From: an uncultured Candidatus Rokubacteria bacterium | GTDB lineage: Bacteria > Methylomirabilota > Methylomirabilia > Rokubacteriales > DASRDR01 | Assembly: GCA_963826115.1 (NCBI GenBank) | Contig: CAWGVS010000005.1 | Coordinates: forward strand, 1,376,001-1,440,000 | Direction: 5' to 3' | Length of the DNA: 64,000 nucleotides | Shown here: one piece after another, positions 10,881-19,825 of the stretch | Layout: every line of letters begins with the position of its first letter | Numbering within the stretch: the first letter of the stretch is position 1 | Notes under the pieces: model-generated | What the model was told of the DNA's origin: nothing | The model's database searches: none | What the model saw: only the letters and a program-made list of their open reading frames with translations | Translations under genes and position numbers: made by a program

Positions 10881-11696
10881 CTATTCGGGCGACCAGTGGG
10901 GCGCAGTGCTGAACAGCCCGTCGACGACGCCGATCTGGTAGGCCATCCAGAGACCGAAGGCGAGGCTCAGCACGCCCGAGGCGGTGGCGAGGTGGCGGTT
11001 CAGCCCCGCGAACCGGCGCGCCGTCACGGCGAACGGCACCGCGACCGCGGCGGTGATCAGCATCATGCCCGCGATCGTGCCGACGCCGAAGACCAGGAGG
11101 TAGCCGATCGCCCACCACGGGTCGCGGATCGCCGCCAGCACGAGCAGCGCGACGGCCGCGGACCCGGCGAGCCCGTGGACCAGCCCGACCACGAGCGGGC
11201 GGACGACCTGGTAGGCGCTCAATCCCCCCAGCGCCCGGTCGAGGCGCGCCTGCGGCGTCGCGCTCTCCGGGTGGCCGTGCGCGTCCGGCTCATGGCCGTG
11301 GACGTGGCTGTGCACGTAGTCTCCGTGAACGTGCGGGTGGGCGTGATGGTCGCCCAGTCCGTGCTCATGCGCCGCGCCCGAGCGGGCCTCCTGGATCCGG
11401 CCCGTGATCCCGGTCAGCGTCAGGATCCCCAGGAGGACCAGCATGATGGCGACGGAGAACTCCATCCCCAGCCCGACGTGAGGCGGAATGACCAGGCCGA
11501 ACAGGATGATCGCGCCGCCCACCGCGAGGATCGTGAGCGTGTGCCCGACGCCCCAGAGCACGCCCGTCCAGGCCGCCGCCCAGACGGAGCGCTGGCGACT
11601 CACGATCGTCGTGACGGCGATGACGTGGTCGGCGTCGGTCGCGTGGCGCATCCCGAGGAAGAAGCCGAAGAGAAGGACGGAGACGAGCTGTGTCAT
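10881..11696 (-). CDS. High-affinity nickel/cobalt transporter (NiCoT/NicO/UreH-like)
   Basis: GMRHATDADH signature, WGVGH, His-rich loop, VHGLAGSA. Confidence 0.9.
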   Translation of the reverse strand: MTQLVSVLLFGFFLGMRHATDADHVIAVTTIVSRQRSVWAAAWTGVLWGVGHTLTILAVGGAIILFGLVIPPHVGLGMEFSVAIMLVLLGILTLTGITGRIQEARSGAAHEHGLGDHHAHPHVHGDYVHSHVHGHEPDAHGHPESATPQARLDRALGGLSAYQVVRPLVVGLVHGLAGSAAVALLVLAAIRDPWWAIGYLLVFGVGTIAGMMLITAAVAVPFAVTARRFAGLNRHLATASGVLSLAFGLWMAYQIGVVDGLFSTAPHWSPE

Positions 11697-11753
11697 GCGC
11701 GTCAGTCTAGGCCATCGACCCGGCGCGTGCCAGCCCGGCTATCCGCGATCCTC

Positions 11754-12710
11754 TCATCGTCCTCGTCGCCGCCGAGGTGACGCGGGAACGGCCGCCCGAG
11801 CGCGCGTGGCACCGCCCGGCAGGCGCTCCTCGAGCTCCTCGAGCGTCCGCGGCCAGTCCTGGCGGAGGAGGCGCGAGAGCGCGCGGTCGGCCAGGAGACG
11901 CTTGCCCGTCTGGCAGACTGCGCAGTAGTTCGTCTCGTTCTCCGCGTGGACGATCCGCTGGACCGGCGCCCCGCAGTCCGGGCAGGGCTGGCCGTATCGG
12001 CCGTGGACGGCCATGCCCTCGCGGAAGGCCGTGACCTTCTCCGGAAAGGCGAGCCGCGCCGTCGATGACAGCCGCTCGGACCACTCGCCCAGCACCGCCC
12101 GCGCGGCCGCGTGGAGGCGAGCCCACTCCGCCGCCGCGAGCTGGTCCGTCATCCGGATGGGCGACAGCCGCGCCCGGTGGAGGATCTCGTCCGCGTAGGC
12201 GTTGCCGATCCCGTCGAGGAACCGCGGGTCCGTCAGGGATCGCTTCAGCGTGTGCCGTTCGCGGGTGAGCGCCTCGCGAAGCTGCGCCACCGTGGCGGTC
12301 ATCACGTCGAGGCCGCCGCGGTCGTGCGCCCGGAGCGCGGCCTCGCCGCGCGCCAGGTGAATCGACGCGCGGCGCTTGGTCCCGGCCTCGGTCAGCGTCA
12401 GCGTGCCCTCGGGGAAGTCGAACGCCGCCAGTCCCACCCGCCCGGGCGGGCGCGCGCCGGCCGGCCGCCAGTGGAGACGGCCGGCGATCATCAGGTGGAT
12501 CACGACGAAGATCTCCCCCTCGAGGGCGAGCACGATGCGCTTGCCGACCCGGCGGAGCCCGGTCACGGTCCGGCCCTCGACCTCGGAGACCGGCGGGTCG
12601 ACGGACCGGAGGACGAACGGGCTCACCAGCCGGATCCGCTCGAGCTTCCGCCCGAGGACGCGCGGCTCGAGGGCCGTCAGGTACGCGACGACGTCCGGCA
12701 GCTCGGGCAA
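11754..12710 (-). CDS. Fpg/Nei-family DNA glycosylase/AP lyase
   Basis: N-terminal PELPDV, GKR, HLMIAG, GIGNAYADEIL, zinc finger CPDCG...YCAVCQ; TTG start. Confidence 0.9.
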   Translation of the reverse strand: MPELPDVVAYLTALEPRVLGRKLERIRLVSPFVLRSVDPPVSEVEGRTVTGLRRVGKRIVLALEGEIFVVIHLMIAGRLHWRPAGARPPGRVGLAAFDFPEGTLTLTEAGTKRRASIHLARGEAALRAHDRGGLDVMTATVAQLREALTRERHTLKRSLTDPRFLDGIGNAYADEILHRARLSPIRMTDQLAAAEWARLHAAARAVLGEWSERLSSTARLAFPEKVTAFREGMAVHGRYGQPCPDCGAPVQRIVHAENETNYCAVCQTGKRLLADRALSRLLRQDWPRTLEELEERLPGGATRARAAVPASPRRRRGR

Positions 12711-12818
12711 CGGTTCGCGCTTCCCGCGGGCTCGGGATCGATCCGGAGGTCCCCTGCCCCTCGCATGCTCAACTCAATGCCATTCTACGGCGACGCGCCG
12801 TGCTACGGTGGGCGGCCG

Positions 12819-14024
12819 ATGGCCTCCGACGACCCGACGCTCCTCCGCGTGCCTGGATTCGCCCGGTTCGCCGGCTCCGCCCTCCTCAACACGATCGCCT
12901 TCGCGGGCGAGCAGGTCGTGCTGGGATGGCTCGTCCTCGACCTCACCAACTCGCCCCTCCTGGTCGGCGTGGCGCTCGCGCTCCGGATGGCTCCGCTCCT
13001 GATCGTGGGCTTGCCGGCGGGCGTCCTCGCGGACCGCGGGGACCGTCTGGTCCTCCTCCGCGGCGCGAACACGACGATGGCGCTCGCCCTGGCCGCGCTC
13101 GCGATCCTGACCGTGCTCGGGCGGGTGACGGTCGGGCCGATCCTCGCCATCACGTTCTTCGTCGGCTGCGCCCGGGCGCTCCAGCAGGTCACGCAGCAGG
13201 CGCACACGCACGACCTGGTCGGGCCGGCGCGCCTCACCCAGGCGCTGGGCGTGCTCGGCATCGCGATGCGCCTCGGCGGGCTCACCGGGTCGCTCCTGGC
13301 GGGCCGGCTGATCGCCGGCTTCGGGCCGTCCGTGGCGTACCTGGCGGCCGCCGTCGCCTGTCTCGTCGCGACGCTCGTGCTCCCGCGACGCTCGGCCCAC
13401 CGGACCCACCTGCCCCAGAGCTCGATCTCGGTCTGGCAGGGGCTCTCCGGCTTCCTCGCGGCCGCGCGCGCGGAGCGACGCCTGCCCGCGCTCATGGCGC
13501 TCACGGCCGCGGGTGAGGTGCTCGGCTTCTCGCACCAGGCCGTGCTGCCGAGCCTCGCGCGGGACATCCTGCACGTGGGTCCGGAGGGGCTGGGCGCCAT
13601 GAACGCCGCCCGCCAGGCGGGCGGGATCGTCGCCATGCTGGGCGTGAGCCGCCTGAGCCAGCTAGGCGGACTCACGTCCGTCTTCGTGACCGCGCTCGGC
13701 GTTTTCGGCGCGGGCGTGGCCGCGCTCGGCCTGGCGCCGGGCTACGGCTCGGTCCTGCTCGTCCTCACCATGGTCAACGCGGTCGGCGCGACGTGCGACG
13801 TCCTGGGACAGAGCCTCATGCAGCAGGCGGTGCCGCCGGCGCTCCGCGGCCGCGCGAGCGGCGCGTGGGTCGTGGCGATCGGGGTGGGTCCCGTCGGCCA
13901 GTTCCAGATCGGCGCGCTGGTCGCCGCGCTCGGAGTCACCGCCGCGCTCGGCATGAGCGGGATGGCCCTGGTCGCGGTCGCGGTCGGCGCCCGGCTCCTG
14001 ATGGCGCGCGCCCGCCGAGCCTGA
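12819..14024 (+). CDS. MFS transporter
   Basis: About 12 hydrophobic segments, GVLADRGDR motif A, QQAVPPALRGR. Confidence 0.88.
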   Translation: MASDDPTLLRVPGFARFAGSALLNTIAFAGEQVVLGWLVLDLTNSPLLVGVALALRMAPLLIVGLPAGVLADRGDRLVLLRGANTTMALALAALAILTVLGRVTVGPILAITFFVGCARALQQVTQQAHTHDLVGPARLTQALGVLGIAMRLGGLTGSLLAGRLIAGFGPSVAYLAAAVACLVATLVLPRRSAHRTHLPQSSISVWQGLSGFLAAARAERRLPALMALTAAGEVLGFSHQAVLPSLARDILHVGPEGLGAMNAARQAGGIVAMLGVSRLSQLGGLTSVFVTALGVFGAGVAALGLAPGYGSVLLVLTMVNAVGATCDVLGQSLMQQAVPPALRGRASGAWVVAIGVGPVGQFQIGALVAALGVTAALGMSGMALVAVAVGARLLMARARRA

Positions 14025-14058
14025 CGCCGGCCGGCGCGCGCCAGGAGAACCGGAGCCG

Positions 14059-14481
14059 CTAGCAGCAGCCGCCGGAGACGGCGGGCTTCTTCGGCGGCTC
14101 GATGAGCTCGATCCGCGTGTCGTCGGGCCCGCGCACGAACGCGATCCGCGGTCCGTTCGGCACCTGGATCGGGCCCTCGAGAAGCGCGCCGCCGAGCTGC
14201 CCAAGACGGGCGATGTCCGCATCCAGGTTCGCCGAGTCGAAGCCGAAGTGCTCGAGCCCATGGTGCGGCATCGCATCGCCGTGGCCGAGCTTCTCGCCGG
14301 TCCGCGCGCCCGAGACGTTCACCGCCATGCCGCCGTCCTCGCTCATGCACCGGACGAACCGGTCGCCGAAGACGCGGGTCTCGTCGGACACGATCTTGAA
14401 GTTGAAGGCCTTCACGTACCAGTCCGCGGTCTTGCGCGGGTCCGGGGCCTTCAGGTGGATGTGGTTGATCCGGAACGCCAT
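14059..14481 (-). CDS. VOC (glyoxalase) family protein
   Basis: INHIHL, LEHFGF, GPDDTRIELIE; GGAGG RBS; ends GGCC. Confidence 0.85.
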   Translation of the reverse strand: MAFRINHIHLKAPDPRKTADWYVKAFNFKIVSDETRVFGDRFVRCMSEDGGMAVNVSGARTGEKLGHGDAMPHHGLEHFGFDSANLDADIARLGQLGGALLEGPIQVPNGPRIAFVRGPDDTRIELIEPPKKPAVSGGCC

Positions 14482-14537
14482 CTTGACCTCCAGGTGAGGG
14501 CCGGCGTGGGAGCCGACCGGGGGTGAGGCGCGCGCCC

Positions 14538-15797
14538 TTAGACCAGGACGCGCCGCCCGAGCTTCACGGGACGCCCCGCGAGGACCACGTCCACGGCGTC
14601 GCCGAGGAGGGCGACGTCGGCCGCGGGGTCTCCGGCGACCGACATCAGGTCCGCCGCCAGACCTGGGCGGATGGCGCCCGTCTCGTGGCCGAGCCGCATC
14701 GCCTCGGCCGACTCGATGGTCGAGGCGGCGATCGCCTGCCACGGCGAGTAGCCGAACCACCTCACGAACGCGCGGGCGTTCGCCGAGGAGGCGTCGAACC
14801 GAGCGTGGGCCATGCCCATGTCGAGCCCGTTGATGAACCGCACGCCGCGCGCCCGCATGTCGCGGGTGACCTCGACGTGCTCCTCCATCGACACGGGCGC
14901 CGCGGCGACGGACCAGTGGGGCTTGGGCGGGGGCGCGCCCGCCTCGACGGCCTCGTGGCCCAGGAGGTGGAGCCCGAACGTCACGTCGACGGCCTGGCCG
15001 TTCGCCGCGATCCGGCTCGACACCTCGCGGTCGTAGTCGAGGCCCTTGCTCGGATCCGCCGACAGCCACCGCGCGTGCACCAGGTGGTGAATGCCCGCCT
15101 CGACGCAGTTCCGCACGCCGTCGGCCGACAGCGTGTGCGCGACGATCTGCATGTCGAGCCGCTCGGCCTCGACGACGGCGGCGCGCAGCGTCGACGCCGG
15201 GTACTGGACGGTCCGCGGGTTCGCCGTCGGCGTGAACATGCCGCCGGTGGCCATCATCTTGATGCAGTCGGCGCCGAGCTTCTTCTGCCGGCGGACGGCG
15301 GTGACGACCTCGTCGACCGTGTCGGCCTCGGTGCCGAACATCCAGCAGTGGCCGGCGGTCGTGGTGATCGGGGTGCCGGTCAGGACGAGGCGCGGCCCGG
15401 GGATCACCCCGCGCCGCACGGCGTCGCGGATCGGGAACGCGATCTCGTTCTTGCTGCCGATGTCCCGGAGCGTGGTCACGCCGCTGAGCAGCGCCGACCG
15501 GACGTTCGACGCCGAGCGTAGCAGGAGCGCGTCGTGGGACTCGGTCGTGACGAGGTGGTAGGCGTCGGGGGTGGCGGAGCAGTGCATGTGGGCGTGGACG
15601 TCGACCAGGCCGGGGAGGAGCGACACGTCCCCCAGGTCGTGAACCCGGTGGGTCGCGCCCACGTCGGGCGGCAGCTCCCGCTGGGGGACGACCGCCCGGA
15701 TCCGCTGGCCTTCCGTCAGGATCGCGTGGTCGGGCAGCCATCCCGACACGGTCGCGTTCGCGACCCGCCTCGCCTTGAACACGGAGCGCTCCGCCAC
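14538..15797 (-). CDS. Metal-dependent amidohydrolase
   Basis: LLPGLVDVHAH, GVTTLRD, IK, VAH, G.D, G.IRPG..ADL motifs. Confidence 0.9.
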   Translation of the reverse strand: MAERSVFKARRVANATVSGWLPDHAILTEGQRIRAVVPQRELPPDVGATHRVHDLGDVSLLPGLVDVHAHMHCSATPDAYHLVTTESHDALLLRSASNVRSALLSGVTTLRDIGSKNEIAFPIRDAVRRGVIPGPRLVLTGTPITTTAGHCWMFGTEADTVDEVVTAVRRQKKLGADCIKMMATGGMFTPTANPRTVQYPASTLRAAVVEAERLDMQIVAHTLSADGVRNCVEAGIHHLVHARWLSADPSKGLDYDREVSSRIAANGQAVDVTFGLHLLGHEAVEAGAPPPKPHWSVAAAPVSMEEHVEVTRDMRARGVRFINGLDMGMAHARFDASSANARAFVRWFGYSPWQAIAASTIESAEAMRLGHETGAIRPGLAADLMSVAGDPAADVALLGDAVDVVLAGRPVKLGRRVLV

Positions 15798-15862
15798 GAC
15801 TGCCTCCCTGGATGCGAGGGCCCCGGCGCCCGCCGGCGGCCCGCGGTGAGCCTACGTTCGGA

Positions 15863-16918
15863 TCAGATGAGGGACGCCAGGAGGTCGCCGACCTCCCGGG
15901 TCGAGGCCTTCCCGCCGAGATCGCGGGTCACGGTCTTGCCCTCCGCCACCACGGTCTCGATCGCCTTCACGATGGCCTGGGCGGCCTGCGCGTGCCCGAG
16001 GTGCTCGAGCAGCATGGCGCCGGTCCAGATCTGGGCGACCGGGTTCGCGATCCCCTTCCCGGCGATGTCGGGCGCCGAGCCGTGCACCGGCTCGAACATC
16101 GACGGGTGCTCCTTCTCCGGGTTGATGTTGCCGCCCGGCGCCAGCCCGATCGAGCCGGCGATGGCCGGGCCGAGGTCGGACAGGATGTCGCCGAAGAGGT
16201 TCGACCCCACGACCACGTCGAACCAGTCGGGGTGCTGCACGAAGTGGGCGGTGAGGATGTCGATGTGGTACTGCGCGGTTTTCACGTCCGGGTACTGCTT
16301 CGCCATCGCGGCGAAGCGCTCGTCCCAGTACGGCATGCTGTGGATGATGCCGTTCGACTTGGTCGCCGACGTGACGTGGCGCCTCGGCCGCTTCCGCGCC
16401 AGCTCGAACGCGTAGCGCATCACCCGGTCGGTGCCCTTCCGCGTGAAGACGGCCTGCTGGATGCACAGCTCGTCCTCGGTGTCTCTGTAGTGGCGGCCGC
16501 CGATCTCCGAGTACTCGCCCTCGTTGTTCTCCCGGACGATGACCATGTCGATCTCGGCGGGCGAGCGGTCGGCGAGGGGCGACCGGACTCCCCGGAGGAG
16601 CCGCACCGGCCGGAGGTTCACGTACTGGCGGAAGGTCCGGCGGATGGGGATCAGGAGGCCCCAGAGCGAGACGTGGTCCGGGACGCCCGGGGCGCCGACG
16701 GCGCCGAGGAAGATCGCCTCGCAGGCGCGGAGCTGGTCGAGCCCGTCCTCGGGCATCATGCGCCCGGTCTTCCGGAAGCGCTCGCAGCTCCAGTCGAACT
16801 CCGTCCAGGCGAGCTCGAAGCCGAACCGCCTTGCCGCCGCCTCGAGGACCCGCTGGCCCTCGGGCACGACCTCGTTGCCGATCCCGTCGCCGGGAATCAC
16901 CGCGATCCGATGACGCAT
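15863..16918 (-). CDS. ttuC: Tartrate/D-malate dehydrogenase (decarboxylating), isocitrate/isopropylmalate DH family
   Basis: IPGDGIG.EV, PDHVSLWGLL, RENNEGEYS, SNLFGDILSDL, FEPVHGSAPDI. Confidence 0.92.
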   Translation of the reverse strand: MRHRIAVIPGDGIGNEVVPEGQRVLEAAARRFGFELAWTEFDWSCERFRKTGRMMPEDGLDQLRACEAIFLGAVGAPGVPDHVSLWGLLIPIRRTFRQYVNLRPVRLLRGVRSPLADRSPAEIDMVIVRENNEGEYSEIGGRHYRDTEDELCIQQAVFTRKGTDRVMRYAFELARKRPRRHVTSATKSNGIIHSMPYWDERFAAMAKQYPDVKTAQYHIDILTAHFVQHPDWFDVVVGSNLFGDILSDLGPAIAGSIGLAPGGNINPEKEHPSMFEPVHGSAPDIAGKGIANPVAQIWTGAMLLEHLGHAQAAQAIVKAIETVVAEGKTVTRDLGGKASTREVGDLLASLI

Positions 16919-17016
16919 GGAGCCCCCTTCACGAGTTGACGCCGGCGGGCCGGCCGCTACCGCACGGTCACGGGTGTCGAGGGTATCCCGCCGCCCCGGC
17001 CCGGTCAATGCGACCC

Positions 17017-17097
17017 GGGGTCAGACCTTGCCTTCCGCACACTTCCCTCTGGCGGGCTGGCGATTCCGCAAACGCCCGGCAGGGGAAGCCTGACTCC
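17017..17097. repeat. Degenerate REP-like doublet
   Basis: GGGGTCAGACC 17017-17027 and GCCTGACTCC 17088-17097, with inner CCTTGCC/GGCAGGG pairing. Confidence 0.55.
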
Positions 17098-17099
17098 AG

Positions 17100-17735
17100 C
17101 TAGCGGCGGTCGAAGGCGAGGCGGGCGCCGAGGGCCAGGAGCACGAGGCCAGTCACCGCCTCGATGACCCGGCGGACGCCGGAGCGCCGCAGGACGTCGC
17201 CGACCCGCGCGACCACGACGGCATAGGCGGCCAGCCAGGTCAGCGTCATCCCGCAGAAGAGGAAGCCGAGGCCGAGGAGCGTCGCGAACGAGGCGCGACC
17301 GGTCGGCGCGAACTGAGGCAAGAGGCTCGTGAAGAACACCGCCATCTTCGGATTCCCGAGGTTGCTGAGAACGCCCTGCCGGAAGGCAGCCCGCGGCCCG
17401 AGCCGCCGGGCGCGCCCGACCTCCCCCGACCGCGGCGCTCCATGCTCGCCGCGGAACGCGGCCCACAAGGCGTGCGCGCCAAGCCAGACCAGGTAGACCG
17501 CCCCCGCCAGCCGGAGCGCCGTGAAGGCCGGAGCCGAGGCGACGACGAGCGCGGCCAGACCCGCGCTTGCGGCCACCGTCCAGACCGCCTGCCCGGCCGC
17601 CACGCCGAACGCCGTCCCGACGCCGCCCGCTCGCCCGCCGCCGAGCGTGTTCCGGATGGTGAGGGCGGTGTCCGGCCCGGGGGTCACGATGACCAGCGCG
17701 GCGATCCCGAGAAACGCGAGGAAGGGCGCGTCCAT
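17100..17735 (-). CDS. LysE/RhtB family amino-acid exporter
   Basis: TPGPD, GAVYLVWLG, NLGNPK..VFF motifs. Confidence 0.92.
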   Translation of the reverse strand: MDAPFLAFLGIAALVIVTPGPDTALTIRNTLGGGRAGGVGTAFGVAAGQAVWTVAASAGLAALVVASAPAFTALRLAGAVYLVWLGAHALWAAFRGEHGAPRSGEVGRARRLGPRAAFRQGVLSNLGNPKMAVFFTSLLPQFAPTGRASFATLLGLGFLFCGMTLTWLAAYAVVVARVGDVLRRSGVRRVIEAVTGLVLLALGARLAFDRR

Positions 17736-17818
17736 CCGCCCGAGGGTCAGGCGGACGTCCCGACCCCGTCAACCGCCATCGGCCGGCGCGCGGCGCCGGC
17801 CAATCTCCGACGGGAGGC

Positions 17819-18733
17819 TTAGCGCAGGCGGAGCTTCGGGTCGATGGCGTCCCGGAGCCCGTCGCCGACGAAGTTCGCCGCGAGGGCCACCATGAGGATC
17901 GCCACGCCCGGGAACGTCGAGATCCACCACTGCGCGGTGAGCTCGCGCCCCTCCGCGACCATGGCGCCCCACTCCGGCGTCGGCGGCACCGCGCCGAGAC
18001 CCAGGAAAGACAGCGCCGCGGTGATGATGATCGCGTTGCCGAAGTCCATGGCCATCAGGACGATCGAGGGCGCCACCGCGTTCGGCAAGACGTGCCGCAT
18101 GAGGATGCGCCGCTCGCGGAGCCCGAGGGCCTCGGCCGCGCTGACGAAGTCGCGCGCGCGGAGCGCGAGCACCTGGCCGCGGGCCAGACGGGCATAGGGC
18201 GGCCACCACACGACCAGCATCGCCAGCATCGAATTGTGGATGCTCGAGCCGAGGGCGGCCGCGATCGCCATCGCGAGGATGAGCGACGGAAACGCGAGGA
18301 CCATGTCGACCACGCGCATCGTCATCTCGTCGAACCAGCCGCCCAGGTAGCCGGCGAGGGCGCCGTAGAGCGTCCCGAAGATCGACGCCAGCACCACGAC
18401 GACGGCAGCCACCGGGAGCGAGACCCGTCCACCGTAGAGAACGCGGGTGAACACGTCCCGCCCGAGGCCGTCGACGCCCAGCCAGTTCTCGGCCGACGGG
18501 GGGGCCAGGCGGTTGTCGACGTTCACCTCGGTTGGGTCGAACGAGGAGAGCACGGGCGCCAGGATCGACACCGCGACCCAGCCCAGGATGACCAGGGCGC
18601 CGAGCACGACCATCGGCTTCCGGACCAGCTGTCCGAGGACCTTCCGGGACTCGCTCCGTGACGGGGTCGCGGCGACGTCGATCAGGTCACCCTTCCCGAC
18701 CGCCACCGCCCGCGTGGCCGACGCCGTCGCCAT
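17819..18733 (-). CDS. Peptide ABC transporter permease (DppC/OppC-like)
   Basis: LG.D.LGRD, EAA loop FVSAAEALG, RHVLPN, LSFLGLG, NFVGDGLRDA.DP. Confidence 0.93.
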   Translation of the reverse strand: MATASATRAVAVGKGDLIDVAATPSRSESRKVLGQLVRKPMVVLGALVILGWVAVSILAPVLSSFDPTEVNVDNRLAPPSAENWLGVDGLGRDVFTRVLYGGRVSLPVAAVVVVLASIFGTLYGALAGYLGGWFDEMTMRVVDMVLAFPSLILAMAIAAALGSSIHNSMLAMLVVWWPPYARLARGQVLALRARDFVSAAEALGLRERRILMRHVLPNAVAPSIVLMAMDFGNAIIITAALSFLGLGAVPPTPEWGAMVAEGRELTAQWWISTFPGVAILMVALAANFVGDGLRDAIDPKLRLR

Positions 18734-18734
18734 G

Positions 18735-19748
18735 TCAGGAATACCGGATCTGCGGGTCGAGCCAGCCGTAGAGGAGGTCGACCGCGAAGTTCACCAGCGT
18801 GTACATGAGCCCGATGACGAACGTCACGCCCATGATGGCCGGGAAATCGTTGGTCACCGCCGACTGGAACGCGTACCGACCGAGCCCGGGCCACGCGAAG
18901 ATCGTCTCGGTCATCACCGCGCCCGACAGCAAGCCGCCGTACGCGAGGCCGAGCACGGTGACCGTCGGGATCAGCGCGTTCCGGAGGGCGTGGCGCGCGA
19001 TCGTCGCCGACTCGCGCAGCCCCTTGGCCCGCGCCGTCCGCACGTAGTCCTGCGAGAGCACGTCCAGCATCGACGCGCGGGTCACGCGCGTGACGAGCCC
19101 CATCACGGAGCTCGCCAGGACCATCCCCGGCAGGATCAGGTGCGAGACCGCGTCCCGGAACGTCCGGTAGTCCCGGGCGAGGAGGCTGTCGATCGTGAAG
19201 AACCCGGTGACGAACGGCGGCGAGTCCATCTGCGGGCCGAGCCGGCTGGGCCCGACGGTCCAGTGGAGCGTGGCGTAGAACACGACGAGGGAGACCGTCG
19301 CCAGCCAGAAGATCGGCAGCGACACGCCGACCAGCGACACCAGGCGCGCGACGTGATCGATCACGCTCTCGCGGCGGATCGCGGCCACCACCCCGAGCGG
19401 TACGCCGATCACCAGGGAGAACAGCACGGCGACGGTGGACAGCTCGATCGTGGCCGGCAGGAAGGCCTTGAGGTCCTTGGTGATCGCCCGACGGGTATTG
19501 ATGGAGTCACCCAGCTCCCCGCGCGTCAGGTTGCCGAGAAACCGGAGGTACTGGACGTGCAGGGGCTGGTCGAGCCCCCACTTCTCCTTGAACGCCTTCA
19601 CGATCTCGGGCCGCTGGGACGCCTGCTGGCCGAGGTTCGACACGATGGGGTCCGCGGGGACGGCGTGGGAGATCAGGAACGAGATGAGGGTGACCCCGAC
19701 GATGGCCACCGCCATCAGCCCGAGGCGACGCGCGACGAACTTGCCCAT
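18735..19748 (-). CDS. Peptide ABC transporter permease (DppB/OppB-like)
   Basis: GLDQPL.VQY, PATIEL, DYVRTARAKG, ETIFAWPGLG, LDPQIR. Confidence 0.93.
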   Translation of the reverse strand: MGKFVARRLGLMAVAIVGVTLISFLISHAVPADPIVSNLGQQASQRPEIVKAFKEKWGLDQPLHVQYLRFLGNLTRGELGDSINTRRAITKDLKAFLPATIELSTVAVLFSLVIGVPLGVVAAIRRESVIDHVARLVSLVGVSLPIFWLATVSLVVFYATLHWTVGPSRLGPQMDSPPFVTGFFTIDSLLARDYRTFRDAVSHLILPGMVLASSVMGLVTRVTRASMLDVLSQDYVRTARAKGLRESATIARHALRNALIPTVTVLGLAYGGLLSGAVMTETIFAWPGLGRYAFQSAVTNDFPAIMGVTFVIGLMYTLVNFAVDLLYGWLDPQIRYS

Positions 19749-19756
19749 CAGCCGAG

Positions 19757-19791
19757 AAAACGCGGGGACCGCACCGTCTGCGGTCCCCGCG
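19757..19791 (-). terminator. Strong hairpin with short U-tract between SBP and permease genes
   Basis: CGCGGGGACCGCA-GACGG-TGCGGTCCCCGCG (13-bp stem) followed by TTTT on the minus strand. Confidence 0.65.
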
Positions 19792-19825
19792 ACGTCTTCC
19801 TTGAAGTCCGGGAGTGAGCCGGCCG

